Assembly: GCA_031372565.1 (NCBI GenBank) | Contig: JANMLN010000017.1 | Coordinates: forward strand, 1-37,140 | DNA length: 37,140 nt | DNA from: Gemmatimonadota bacterium | GTDB taxonomy: Bacteria > Gemmatimonadota > Gemmatimonadetes > Gemmatimonadales > Gemmatimonadaceae | Direction of reading: 5' to 3' | Made by a program: the position numbers and the translations under genes | In this document: positions 25,942 through 35,060 of the stretch, piece after piece | Layout: each line of letters begins with the position of its first letter | Numbering within the stretch: position 1 is the stretch's first letter | The notes under the pieces: model-generated | What the model was told of the DNA's origin: nothing | The model's database searches: none | What the model saw: the letters and a program-made list of their open reading frames with translations, nothing else

Positions 25942-26678
25942 GGCTGCTCGTGTCCATCCACGACGTCACGCCGGCGCTCGCATCCGGTGTCGAGGCGCTG
26001 TGGACGCTGTGTCGCTCCCATGGCGTCACGCCCGCCCTGCTGGTCGTGCCCAACTGGCACGGCGCGTGGCCGCTCGGCGCGCATCCTGATTTCTTCGCGT
26101 GGTTGCGCGAACGCGCGCGCGACGGCGCCGAGATCATTCTGCATGGCGAGCGTCACGACGAGCACGGGAGCCCGCGGAACGCGCTGGATCAGGTCCGCGC
26201 GTTCGGGCGCACCAATCGCGAGGGGGAGTTCCTCACGCTCGATCGCGCCGAAGCCGAACGCCGGATCGCGCGTGGGCTCGCGCTCCTGCGCGGTGCCGGG
26301 CTCGACCCGATTGGCTTCGTGCCGCCGGCCTGGCTGATGCGCGACGCCACGATCGCCGCGTGCGCATCGGCCGGCCTGTGCTTCACCGAGGATGACACCT
26401 CCCTCCATCTCACCGCCGGGGTGATGCGCACGCTCCCCTCGCCCGTGGTGCGTTGGAGTGGCCGCACGGCCGCGCGTGCGTGGGCGAGCGCCGCCGTGGC
26501 GGCCTGGCGCTACCAGGTCCAACGCGACGCGCCGCTCGTGCGCATCGCCTTCCACCCGAGCGACCTCGATCATCCGGCGACTGCTGCGAGCGCGGCCCGC
26601 GAACTGGCGCGGTGGGTGGCGGTCGGTACCGTGACGACGTATGCGCAGGTGGCCACGCCTGGCGCCGCCGCTGCGTGA
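25938..26678 (+). CDS. DUF2334-type polysaccharide/glycolipid deacetylase (CE4-like)
   Basis: LLVSIHDVTP, EIILHGERH, EGEF, GFVPPAW and RIAFHPSD motifs. GTGA overlap with the upstream stop. Confidence 0.85.
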   Translation: MRLLVSIHDVTPALASGVEALWTLCRSHGVTPALLVVPNWHGAWPLGAHPDFFAWLRERARDGAEIILHGERHDEHGSPRNALDQVRAFGRTNREGEFLTLDRAEAERRIARGLALLRGAGLDPIGFVPPAWLMRDATIAACASAGLCFTEDDTSLHLTAGVMRTLPSPVVRWSGRTAARAWASAAVAAWRYQVQRDAPLVRIAFHPSDLDHPATAASAARELARWVAVGTVTTYAQVATPGAAAA

Positions 26679-27895
26679 GTGATCCTTCGATGACCAGCGT
26701 CCTCACCCCGCGTGGCGATCCGGTCGCGCGCACAGCGCTCGCTCGGGGCATGCGCATCGCGATTTTCAGCGATACCTGGTTGCCGCAGGTGAACGGCGTC
26801 ACGCGCACCCTCGACCGCCTGTTGCACGCGATCGAGGCACGAGGAGGTGCCGTGCGCGCGTATACCACCACTGACCCCGCCGCCCGCGCCGACGACCGGA
26901 TCACCCGCTATCGCAGCCGCCCGTTCTGGGCGTATCCGCAGCTGCGGATCGCGCGTCCGGACCGTGCGTGGGCGCAGCGCGAGCTCGAGCTGTTCCAGCC
27001 CACGCTCGTGCATCTGGCCTCGCAGTTCGGCATCGGCCTGTCAGGGCGCGCGGCTGCGCGTGAACTCGGCATTCCGTTCGTGTCGAGCTACCACACGTCG
27101 CTCTCGGCGTACGCCAAGTTCTATCACCTGGGCGCACTGGCAAGCCCCGGCTGGGCGTTCCTCCGCTGGTTCCACAATGGGGGACTGCGTACCTACGCGC
27201 CCTCGCGTGCGGTCGAGACGGAACTCATCGGTCACGGGTTCGAGCGTACGGCGCGCTGGACGCGTGGCATCGAGCCCGGGCAGTTCTCGCCGGAGTTCCG
27301 CTCGCTGACGCTGCGGCGCGAACTCGGGGTCGACGACGACACCGTGCTCGTTGCGTATATCGGGCGCGTCGCCATCGAGAAGGGACTCGGCACGATGGTG
27401 CAGGCGATGCACCTGGTGCGGGAGCAGGCCGGCGGACGCAAGGTTGCATTTGCGCTGGTCGGTGACGGGCCCTACCTGCAGAAGTGCCGAGAGGATGCGC
27501 CAGCCGGGACCATCTTCACGGGGATGATCGGTGGAGCGCGTCTGAGCGCGACGTACGCGTCGGCGGACCTCTTCGTCTTTCCGAGCGTGACCGACACGTT
27601 CGGCAACGTGCTGCTCGAGGCGATGGCGAGCGGTCTCCCGGTGCTCGGTGCCGACGCGCCGCCGACGCGCGAGTTGCTGGGCGATGGACGCGGCGTGATC
27701 TTCCCCGGCAGCGATCCCGACGCGATGGCCGCCGCCATCCTCGCGCTCGCCGCCGATCCGGCCGCGCGCGCCCGACATGCGGCGCGTGGCCTTGCCTTCG
27801 CCTCCGACCAGAGCTGGGACGTGATCTTCGACGAGCTGATTCTCGACTACCGGCGCCTCACCGAGCTGCCGCGCGCCGCGGCGGAGTCGGCATGA
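26675..27895 (+). CDS. GT4 family glycosyltransferase (PimB/MgtA/Agt-like glycolipid synthase type)
   Basis: MRIAIFSDTWLPQVNGVTRT, SSYHT, GRVAIEK and FPSVTDTFGNVLLEAMASGLPV. GTGA overlap with the upstream stop. Confidence 0.92.
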   Translation: MSDPSMTSVLTPRGDPVARTALARGMRIAIFSDTWLPQVNGVTRTLDRLLHAIEARGGAVRAYTTTDPAARADDRITRYRSRPFWAYPQLRIARPDRAWAQRELELFQPTLVHLASQFGIGLSGRAAARELGIPFVSSYHTSLSAYAKFYHLGALASPGWAFLRWFHNGGLRTYAPSRAVETELIGHGFERTARWTRGIEPGQFSPEFRSLTLRRELGVDDDTVLVAYIGRVAIEKGLGTMVQAMHLVREQAGGRKVAFALVGDGPYLQKCREDAPAGTIFTGMIGGARLSATYASADLFVFPSVTDTFGNVLLEAMASGLPVLGADAPPTRELLGDGRGVIFPGSDPDAMAAAILALAADPAARARHAARGLAFASDQSWDVIFDELILDYRRLTELPRAAAESA

Positions 27896-28587
27896 CGGCC
27901 CCCGGCACGCGCCTCACCGTCACCCCCGATCAGGAGCGCCATCTCGAGGTGCGCCGCACCGCACGGTACGTGCGACTCGGTGGCAGCGCGACGGTGCGCG
28001 AGGTGTGGATCTGCATTCACGGGTACGGACAGCTGGCGCGCCGCTTCGCGCGCGACCTGGGGCCGCTCGTTGCGCCGCACCGACTCGTGCTCGTGCCGGA
28101 GGCGCTCAATCGCTTCTATCAGGCGAAGGCCAGCGACGATCATCGGGACGCCCCGGTCGGCGCGACCTGGATGACCCGTGAAGACCGCGCGGCGGAGATT
28201 GCCGACTACGTCTCTTATCTGGACGCGCTGTACGCGCGCGAGGTCGAGCCGCTGCTGTCGCAGGGGGTGCGCGTCACGGCGCTCGGTTTCTCGCAGGGGG
28301 TCACGACCACGGTGCGCTGGAGCGTGCTAGGCGCCTCGCGCGTGGACCAGCTCGTGTGTTGGGCGGGCGCGTTGCCGCATGATCTCGACTTGGCGGCCCA
28401 TGCCACGCGGCTCCGCGCCATGACGCCGGCCGTGGTCATCGGCGATCGCGACGAGTTCGCGGACTGGGCGAGCGTGGAGGCACAGGTGGCCCGGCTCGAC
28501 GCCGCCGGCATCCCGCATACGCTCCACCGCTTTGACGGGACGCACACGATGGACGATCGCGTGCTGACAACGCTCGCCGCACGGTAG
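27892..28587 (+). CDS. Phospholipase/carboxylesterase (alpha/beta hydrolase)
   Basis: HGYGQ oxyanion motif, GFSQG nucleophile elbow, GDRDE and GTH catalytic Asp/His. ATGA overlap with the upstream stop. Confidence 0.88.
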   Translation: MTAPGTRLTVTPDQERHLEVRRTARYVRLGGSATVREVWICIHGYGQLARRFARDLGPLVAPHRLVLVPEALNRFYQAKASDDHRDAPVGATWMTREDRAAEIADYVSYLDALYAREVEPLLSQGVRVTALGFSQGVTTTVRWSVLGASRVDQLVCWAGALPHDLDLAAHATRLRAMTPAVVIGDRDEFADWASVEAQVARLDAAGIPHTLHRFDGTHTMDDRVLTTLAAR

Positions 28588-28612
28588 CGCGCGCGTCGGC
28601 GCAGCGGACGCG

Positions 28613-29047
28613 TCAGTCGCGACCCTTCCAGCGATCGATCTCGCGCCGCTGCTTCTTGTCCGGTCGGCCCTCGGCAAAGTCGTATTGCACGTTCGCCAGC
28701 TTGAGCTGCAGTTGGGTCCGCTCGCGCAGGGCCCGGCCCGCGGGGGTCTCCTCGTAGAGCGCCTGCGCGACGCTGGCCGATCCGCGTCGGGCGGCGAGCG
28801 CCTTGACGACGCACTCGATCTCGATCGGACCCTGCCGCACCTTCACGACGTCGCCGAGACGCACGACGCGCGCCCGCTTGGCGCGCTCGCCGCCCACCTC
28901 GACCTTGCCGCCGTCGATCGCGTCGGCTGCGAGCGAGCGTGTCTTGAAGAAGCGCGCGGCCCACAGCCACTGGTCGAGGCGGACGCGCTGCGCGTCGTCT
29001 GCCGTCTCGTCGCCGCCTGGCGCCCCGGGAATGCCGCGCCGGCTCAT
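28613..29047 (-). CDS. hslR: Ribosome-associated heat shock protein Hsp15 (S4 domain)
   Basis: RLDQWLWAARFFKTRSLA, AQALYEET and GRPDKKQRR. ATG at 29047 overlaps the upstream stop. Confidence 0.93.
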   Translation of the reverse strand: MSRRGIPGAPGGDETADDAQRVRLDQWLWAARFFKTRSLAADAIDGGKVEVGGERAKRARVVRLGDVVKVRQGPIEIECVVKALAARRGSASVAQALYEETPAGRALRERTQLQLKLANVQYDFAEGRPDKKQRREIDRWKGRD

Positions 29048-29334
29048 TCGCCGTCGCCCTCGTCGGCGGCCTCGAGCGAGACGTCCGCATCGCCGTTCTC
29101 GTCGTAGTGCACGAACACCGACCAGGGGCGGCAACAGACCTGGCAGTCTTCGACGTACTGCTGGTGTGCACCGCTGCCGGGGTCGAGCGCGATGCTCATC
29201 GATTCGAAGCAGTACGGGCAGGTGACGTCGGCTTCCATCGCGGCGGAACCGTCCCCGAGCGGGAACTCGTCGTCGAGGTCGTCGTCCGCGCCGTCGGGCC
29301 GCTCCTCGCCCTCGTCATCCGCGCGCCGGACCAT
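29044..29334 (-). CDS. CPXCG motif-containing cysteine-rich protein
   Basis: CPYCFE...YVEDCQVCCRPW with acidic termini. TGATG coupling to the upstream gene. Confidence 0.88.
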   Translation of the reverse strand: MVRRADDEGEERPDGADDDLDDEFPLGDGSAAMEADVTCPYCFESMSIALDPGSGAHQQYVEDCQVCCRPWSVFVHYDENGDADVSLEAADEGDGE

Positions 29335-30545
29335 CAGCGGGACCCCGCCGGGCCCGCCCACGTGTCGATGCCGCCCGCCTGCTGGCCGACGTCCACGCTC
29401 GCGACGCGCCGCAGCGCGACGAGGTCGAAGATGTCCACGGTGCCGGGCTCCGAGCCGATCCCCTCGCAGCTGATGAAGGCGTAGCGGTTGTCGCTGGTGA
29501 TCGCGGCGCCGTGCACCACGCGGCGCGACGTCTTGATGCGCGCCCGCTCGGTGCCGCTCTTGCGGTCGAAGATGGAGATCGACTGGTCGCGCTTGTTGGT
29601 GGCGACGATCGTGGCGCCATCGCTCGAGATGGCGAGGTTGTAGATGCCGTTGCCCGCAGAAATGCGGCGCGTGACCTTCCACGCCTTCGTGTCGATCTCG
29701 ACGATCTCGCTCGACTTGTTGCAGGCCACGTAGACGAAGGCGCCGTCGGGCGTCGGCTGCGCCCAGGTGGGATTGCACCCGTTGTCGCCGGGCTTGGGCA
29801 TGTCCATGCCGTGGCCGCCCATGTCCATGCCGGCGTGGGCTCCCGCTGCACGCTTGGGCGGCGCACCGGGCATCCCCATCTCCTTGCCCTTGGCCACCAT
29901 CATGTGGCGCGACACCGCGAGCTGCCTGGTGTCGATCTCGACGACGATGTCGTCCATCATGCACGCCGAGTAGTGCTTCGTGCCGGCCGCATTGAGGCGC
30001 GAGCCGTGGGGCATCGTGCACGTCGGAATGCGCGCGATCTCCACCATTTCGTCGAGGGCGACGACCGACACGTCGCTCGCGACCATCTCGCCGTGCAGGT
30101 TGAAGTTCACCACGTACGCGTAGTAGCCATCGGGCGAGACCTGCGCCGTGGCGGGAAAGTTGCCGAGCGCCACGGAGCCGATCGGTTCGTCGCTGCCGGT
30201 GCGGAAGCGCCAGAGACGCCCGAAGGGGGTGCCGTGCGCCGTGGAGACGACGTACGTCCGGCCGTCGGGTGCCACGGCCACGCCGTGCGGGCCATCGGGG
30301 TCGGTCGGCATGATGCCCACATCGACGGCGTGGTCGAGGGTCGCGCCCTTCGGGCCGAAGCGGATCAGCGAGACCTTGTCCACGGATTCGGAGCCGACGT
30401 ACGCGAAGTACTCCTTCGTGGCCGGCGCCGGGACCTGTTCCGTGATGATGCGATCGCTGCCGACGCGCACCTGGGCGGCCGCGGTCGCCGCGCAGGTGAA
30501 CGACGCGCTCGCGGCTGCACCCAGCAGGAGACGACGCGGGATCAT
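29334..30545 (-). CDS. Secreted YncE/YVTN-type beta-propeller protein with a Met/His-rich insertion
   Basis: Signal peptide MIPRRLLLGAAAS..AAA-Q and repeated PHG/(S/A)PDG blades. ATG at 30545 overlaps the upstream stop. Confidence 0.85.
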   Translation of the reverse strand: MIPRRLLLGAAASASFTCAATAAAQVRVGSDRIITEQVPAPATKEYFAYVGSESVDKVSLIRFGPKGATLDHAVDVGIMPTDPDGPHGVAVAPDGRTYVVSTAHGTPFGRLWRFRTGSDEPIGSVALGNFPATAQVSPDGYYAYVVNFNLHGEMVASDVSVVALDEMVEIARIPTCTMPHGSRLNAAGTKHYSACMMDDIVVEIDTRQLAVSRHMMVAKGKEMGMPGAPPKRAAGAHAGMDMGGHGMDMPKPGDNGCNPTWAQPTPDGAFVYVACNKSSEIVEIDTKAWKVTRRISAGNGIYNLAISSDGATIVATNKRDQSISIFDRKSGTERARIKTSRRVVHGAAITSDNRYAFISCEGIGSEPGTVDIFDLVALRRVASVDVGQQAGGIDTWAGPAGSR

Positions 30546-32569
30546 CACGGGACGATCCCGGGTTTGGGCTCCATCTTCACGATGAAGAGCCCATTGTTGA
30601 AGTCGTTCACGAACGCGAGGCCGTTCTTGACCACGACGCCCCACGTCATCGCGGCATTGGGGAGGAATCCCTTGCCGTCGACCGGGTTCACGAATGCCAT
30701 CTCGCGCCCTTGCGCACGCAGGTCGCCGCGCAGCTCGCCGCCGATGTCGAACGTGCGGAAGCCGGCGTTGTACGCACCCATGTAGAGCGTGTCGCCGGCA
30801 ATCCACACGTTGTGCACGCCGCCGAACTCGGGCTCGTACCACGCGACGGACTTCGGCTTGTAGATGTCCGTCACGTCGAGCACCTGCAATCGGCCGTAGG
30901 CACGCGAGACCTTGCCCTGGAACAGGTCCTGTCCCGACTCCTGCGAGAAGACCTCGTCGGCGATGAACACGTAGTTCTTGTGACGCCACGCGGTGTGCGT
31001 GCCGCGGATGAAGCCCGGGCTGTAGGTCTGTTCGACCTGCTTGTAGAGCGAGTTCAAGTCGTACTTGTATTGCGACACGAACTGCGGGTTGGACGGCGAG
31101 CCACCCTTGATGCCGTTGCCGATGTCGAGAATGACCAGGCCGTCGTTCCACCACGAGCCGTAGAGCAGCCCGTCCTGCACGTCGATGTCGTGCACATACC
31201 GCCCGAGGTCGGCGCGCGGCGTCTTCCACTGCGCGACTTCCTTCGGATGGGCCGGATCGTTGATGTCGATCACGTGCACGGCGCCGGTGGCGTCGTTGGT
31301 CAGGTAGATGTGCGTGCCGTACCTGGGCTGCGTGTAGATGAAGGTCGAGTGCACGCCACCCGTGACGCCTTCGGTGAACTCGCTCACGATCTTCGGATGC
31401 AGCGGGTCATCGAGCGTGCAGATGACGATGCCATTCTTGCGATCGGCCGCGCCCTCCCGCGTGAACACCAGCACCTTGCCGTCCGCGCTCGTCATCAGGT
31501 CGTTGACGAGTCGGGTGTTCGACTGCACGGAGTCCACGATGACCGGGCTCGACGGGTTCGAGATGTCGATCGTGTAGAAGCGGTCGCCACCCAGGTGGGT
31601 GCCGAGGTACGCCACCTTCCCGTTGGGGTGCACCCACACTTCCGACGTCGGGAACTTGGTGCGCACCATCGTGCCGACGACGGTCGCCTTGCGGCGGACG
31701 TCGCGCGCAGCCACCGTGACGGTGGCCGTGCCGACCCGGCTGCCCAGCTGCGCCGTGACGGTGTACGTGCCCGGCTCGTACGCCACGAAGCCGCCGTCCG
31801 GATCCACCTGCCCTTGGCCCGGCGCGAAGCTCCAGGAGGGCGTGAGGCCGCCGATCACGGCGCCGGCGGCATCCTTGGCAGCGGCCGCGAAACGGACGAC
31901 GTCCCCCGTGCGCGCCTGGGCGGTACCGGGCGACACGGTGACGCTCGCGAGCGTCGCGCGCGGCACCTCCAGATCGAGCGTCGCTGTCGCAGCGCCCGAC
32001 GTCGCGGTCACCGTCGCCTTGCCCGGTGACACGGCCTCCAGCACGCCGTCGCCCACCACCTTCACCACGTTCGGTGCGGACGAGCGCCACGTCGGCACGT
32101 CGGTGCGCTGGTCGCCGTTGGCCGCGAGGACCCGACGGCTGATGCGCGCGACCTGACCGGCGAGGAGCCGTGCGGGCCGTGGCTCAAGCTCGATGCGCGC
32201 GGCGGCCCCGGGGAGCACCTGCACAGTCACCCTCTGGATGACCGGCTTCTGGCCGGTCACCACGCCCGTCACGACGATCGGCGAGGGCCCCATCGCGACA
32301 CCCGAGAACATCCCCTCGCGATTGATGCCGCCGGTCTCCGACGAACTGGCGTCGGCGAAGAGGATCTTCGCCCCTTCGACGACCTTGCCCTGCGCGTCCA
32401 CCAGCTGCGCCGTGATGCGCACCGAGTCGCCGACCATCACGGACGGTCGGGCAGGCGAGATCACCAGTCTGCCGGGGACCGGAGCGGCCTGCTGCGCCGT
32501 GATGGCTGCGGGGGCGGCCGGAGCGAGGAGTGCCGCAACCGCGGCCGTGCGGGTGAAGCGAGCAAGCAT
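30545..32569 (-). CDS. Secreted protein with Big_2 Ig-like domains and an LVIVD-repeat propeller
   Basis: Signal peptide and WRSSAPNVVKV..G..AVSPGKATVTA (Big_2). LVIVD-like repeats IDISNPSSP, VIDINDPAHP, LVILDI and VLDVTD, with GVH/VHD/HTA/VHN histidines. Confidence 0.85.
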   Translation of the reverse strand: MLARFTRTAAVAALLAPAAPAAITAQQAAPVPGRLVISPARPSVMVGDSVRITAQLVDAQGKVVEGAKILFADASSSETGGINREGMFSGVAMGPSPIVVTGVVTGQKPVIQRVTVQVLPGAAARIELEPRPARLLAGQVARISRRVLAANGDQRTDVPTWRSSAPNVVKVVGDGVLEAVSPGKATVTATSGAATATLDLEVPRATLASVTVSPGTAQARTGDVVRFAAAAKDAAGAVIGGLTPSWSFAPGQGQVDPDGGFVAYEPGTYTVTAQLGSRVGTATVTVAARDVRRKATVVGTMVRTKFPTSEVWVHPNGKVAYLGTHLGGDRFYTIDISNPSSPVIVDSVQSNTRLVNDLMTSADGKVLVFTREGAADRKNGIVICTLDDPLHPKIVSEFTEGVTGGVHSTFIYTQPRYGTHIYLTNDATGAVHVIDINDPAHPKEVAQWKTPRADLGRYVHDIDVQDGLLYGSWWNDGLVILDIGNGIKGGSPSNPQFVSQYKYDLNSLYKQVEQTYSPGFIRGTHTAWRHKNYVFIADEVFSQESGQDLFQGKVSRAYGRLQVLDVTDIYKPKSVAWYEPEFGGVHNVWIAGDTLYMGAYNAGFRTFDIGGELRGDLRAQGREMAFVNPVDGKGFLPNAAMTWGVVVKNGLAFVNDFNNGLFIVKMEPKPGIVP

Positions 32570-32699
32570 GGGGGCGAAACCCTCGGGGGCGAGCTGGGGT
32601 AGACGGTGACGATCAGAGAGAAAGCTGCCAGACGGACGGACCCCGAGCCAGTCAGCGTCGCCATCCGGCTCGTGGCGGCCCGGGAACGTGGCCGCGCGG

Positions 32700-32831
32700 C
32701 CTGCCATTCGTCTCTTTACTGACCCCTTGCAAGGGGGCGGAGTCGGGGTGGCTCTCTCGATTCGGTTTTTACGATTCTTCTGATATTCATACGTTGTTTT
32801 TCGTCGTCATTGAGATTACGTTAACTAGCTT
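32700..32831. promoter_or_regulatory. AT-rich divergent promoter region
   Basis: A conspicuously AT-rich intergenic tract between two divergent operons. It contains the perfect palindrome CCCCTTGCAAGGGG (32723-32736). Confidence 0.55.
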
Positions 32832-35060
32832 ATGGCCTCAGCTCAATCCGCCACGCTCCTCGAACACGCCGCGCTCGCGGTGGGGCTCGACGTTGCCCGT
32901 ACGCGATGGTCGTCCACCGGCGTCGGCCGGCCGACCACTCCCGAAGCGCTGCTCGACGAGGCGATGGGGCTCGGGCGCGAGCTCGATCTGGCCTTCCTCC
33001 GCCGCAGCGGCGGACGGGATGCCATCGCGGAGCTGACCTCACAGGGCGCCTTTCCGCTCGTTCTGGTCGGTCCGTTCGCGCAGGGAGAGGTGCCGGCGCT
33101 CGTCCTCACGGGCTCCGAAGGGCGCGGTCTCGTGGCGTGGCGCGTCTCGCCGACAGGCGAAGATGAGCGTCTGGTCGGCTCGCTCGACGAGTTCCTCGCG
33201 CGCCTCTCGCCCGGGGGCAAGGGGATCCTGCTCCTCGTGCCGATGTCGGTGGGCGGGCAACCCACGGCCACGCAGGCCGTCGCCGAGACGCAGGGACATC
33301 AGGGCGCAGCGCCCCCGCGTCCCATGCGCCGGCTGCTCACGCTGCTGGTCCGCGAGAAGCGCGAGATCGGCATTGTCTACATCTACGCTGCGCTCGTCGG
33401 TCTGTTCTCGCTCGCGTTGCCGCTCGGCGTGCAGTCGATCATCAACCTGATCTCGGGTGGATTGATCCTGCAGCCCGTCGTGCTGCTGATCGTGTTCGTC
33501 GTGGCGGGCACGCTCGCCTCCGGCATCCTCCAGTTGATGCAGCTGTCCGTCGTCGAGACGATCCAGCAGCGCGTCTTTGCCCGCATGGCGCTCGAGTTCG
33601 CCTACCGCGTGCCGCGCCTCGAACTCGAGCGGGTGCTGGGCGAATCGCTGCCCGAGCAGATGAACCGCTTCTTCGAGGCGCTGACCATCGAGAAGAGCCT
33701 CTCGAAGCTCCTCACCGAAGTCACGGCCGCCATCCTGTCCGTGGTGCTCGGCCTGTTGCTGCTCACCTTCTATCATCCGTACTTCACCCTGGCCGGGCTG
33801 CTGCTGGGCTTCGGCCTCTGGGTGACCTTCTACTTCACGGGGCAGAAAGGGCTCGATACCAGCCTGGTCGAGTCGAAGTACAAGTACCGCATCGTGCACT
33901 GGTTCGAGGACATCGCGCGCGCGGTGATGGCCTTCAAGTTCATGGGGCGTTCCGGCATCGCGTTGCAGAAGACGGACGCGCTGCTGTCCGGCTGGCTCAC
34001 GTACCGACGCAAGCACTTCAAGATCCTGATGTGGCAGGGAGCGTCGGCGGTCGTGTTCAAGGTCCTGGTCACCGCGCTGCTCCTCGTGCTCGGTTCAGTG
34101 CTCGTCGTGCAGCGCGAGATTTCGCTCGGCCAGTTCGTGGCGTCCGAGATCGTGATCGTCACCGTGCTGGGCGCGGTGGAGAAGCTGCTGTCGAGCATGG
34201 CCACCGTGTACGACGTGCTGACCGCCGTCGAAAAGGCGGGGCACGTGACCGACCTTCCGCTCGAGCGCGCCAGTGGGCGACAGCCGGCCACCAGCGACGC
34301 GCCAGCCGCTATCACGCTCCTCGACGTGCATTACACGTATCCGGGTGCGCGGGCCCCCGCCTTGAACGGCGTCACTCTCGACGTGCGGCCCGGGGAACGA
34401 ATCGCGATTACCGGGTACGATGGCGCGGGCCAATCGACCCTGCTCCGGGTGATGACGGGGCTGTTCTCGGGATACGAGGGAACGGTGGCGTGGGATGGCG
34501 TGTCGATGCGGGAGCTGGATCCGTGGGCGTTGCGCTCGCGCATCGGGCAGGTGTTGTCCACGGCCGACGTGGTCGATGCGTCCGTCCTCGAGAATGTCGC
34601 GCTGGGCCGCCCGGAGGTGAGCGCCGAGAATGCGCTCGCGGCGCTCGAGTCGGCGGGTCTCGGCGATTGGGTACGCTCGCTGCCGCAGGGGAGCCGAACG
34701 GAGATCATCGCCAGCGGCAGCCGCCTGCCGAGTTCCGTGGTGACACGTCTGCTCGTGGCGCGCGCGTTGGCCGGCAAGCCGCGCATCATCGTGGCCGATG
34801 ACGTGCTGGGCAACGCTGAACTCGAACACCGCACGGCGCTCACGCGGCTGCTCACGGATCGGAGCCAGCCGTGGACGGTGGTGGCCGTGACCCATGATCC
34901 GGCCTTCCTCGCCGAGTGCGACCGCGTGGTCGTGCTGCGTGACGGCAAGGTCGCGCGCATCGGCACGCTGGCGGAGTGCCAACAGGATCCGTGGGCCCGC
35001 ATGGTGCTGGCGGGGGCGATTCAACGCCCGATGCCGCCCGTCATGGAGGTGTCGCGCTAA
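32832..35060 (+). CDS. Type I secretion-like ABC exporter (N-terminal C39-like remnant, TMD, degenerate NBD)
   Basis: ABC membrane domain (SLALPLGVQSII, ISLGQFVASEI) and an NBD with GYDGAGQST, SVLENVALG, IIVADD and VTHD. Confidence 0.9.
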   Translation: MASAQSATLLEHAALAVGLDVARTRWSSTGVGRPTTPEALLDEAMGLGRELDLAFLRRSGGRDAIAELTSQGAFPLVLVGPFAQGEVPALVLTGSEGRGLVAWRVSPTGEDERLVGSLDEFLARLSPGGKGILLLVPMSVGGQPTATQAVAETQGHQGAAPPRPMRRLLTLLVREKREIGIVYIYAALVGLFSLALPLGVQSIINLISGGLILQPVVLLIVFVVAGTLASGILQLMQLSVVETIQQRVFARMALEFAYRVPRLELERVLGESLPEQMNRFFEALTIEKSLSKLLTEVTAAILSVVLGLLLLTFYHPYFTLAGLLLGFGLWVTFYFTGQKGLDTSLVESKYKYRIVHWFEDIARAVMAFKFMGRSGIALQKTDALLSGWLTYRRKHFKILMWQGASAVVFKVLVTALLLVLGSVLVVQREISLGQFVASEIVIVTVLGAVEKLLSSMATVYDVLTAVEKAGHVTDLPLERASGRQPATSDAPAAITLLDVHYTYPGARAPALNGVTLDVRPGERIAITGYDGAGQSTLLRVMTGLFSGYEGTVAWDGVSMRELDPWALRSRIGQVLSTADVVDASVLENVALGRPEVSAENALAALESAGLGDWVRSLPQGSRTEIIASGSRLPSSVVTRLLVARALAGKPRIIVADDVLGNAELEHRTALTRLLTDRSQPWTVVAVTHDPAFLAECDRVVVLRDGKVARIGTLAECQQDPWARMVLAGAIQRPMPPVMEVSR

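Noticed and set aside
16284..31229. N-terminally extended ORF calls (16284..17540, 25482..26678, 26453..27895, 27484..28587, 29044..30021, 29334..31229)
   Set aside because: The extensions are Arg/Ala/Gly-rich off-frame readings of the upstream genes; the true starts coincide with stop/start overlaps.
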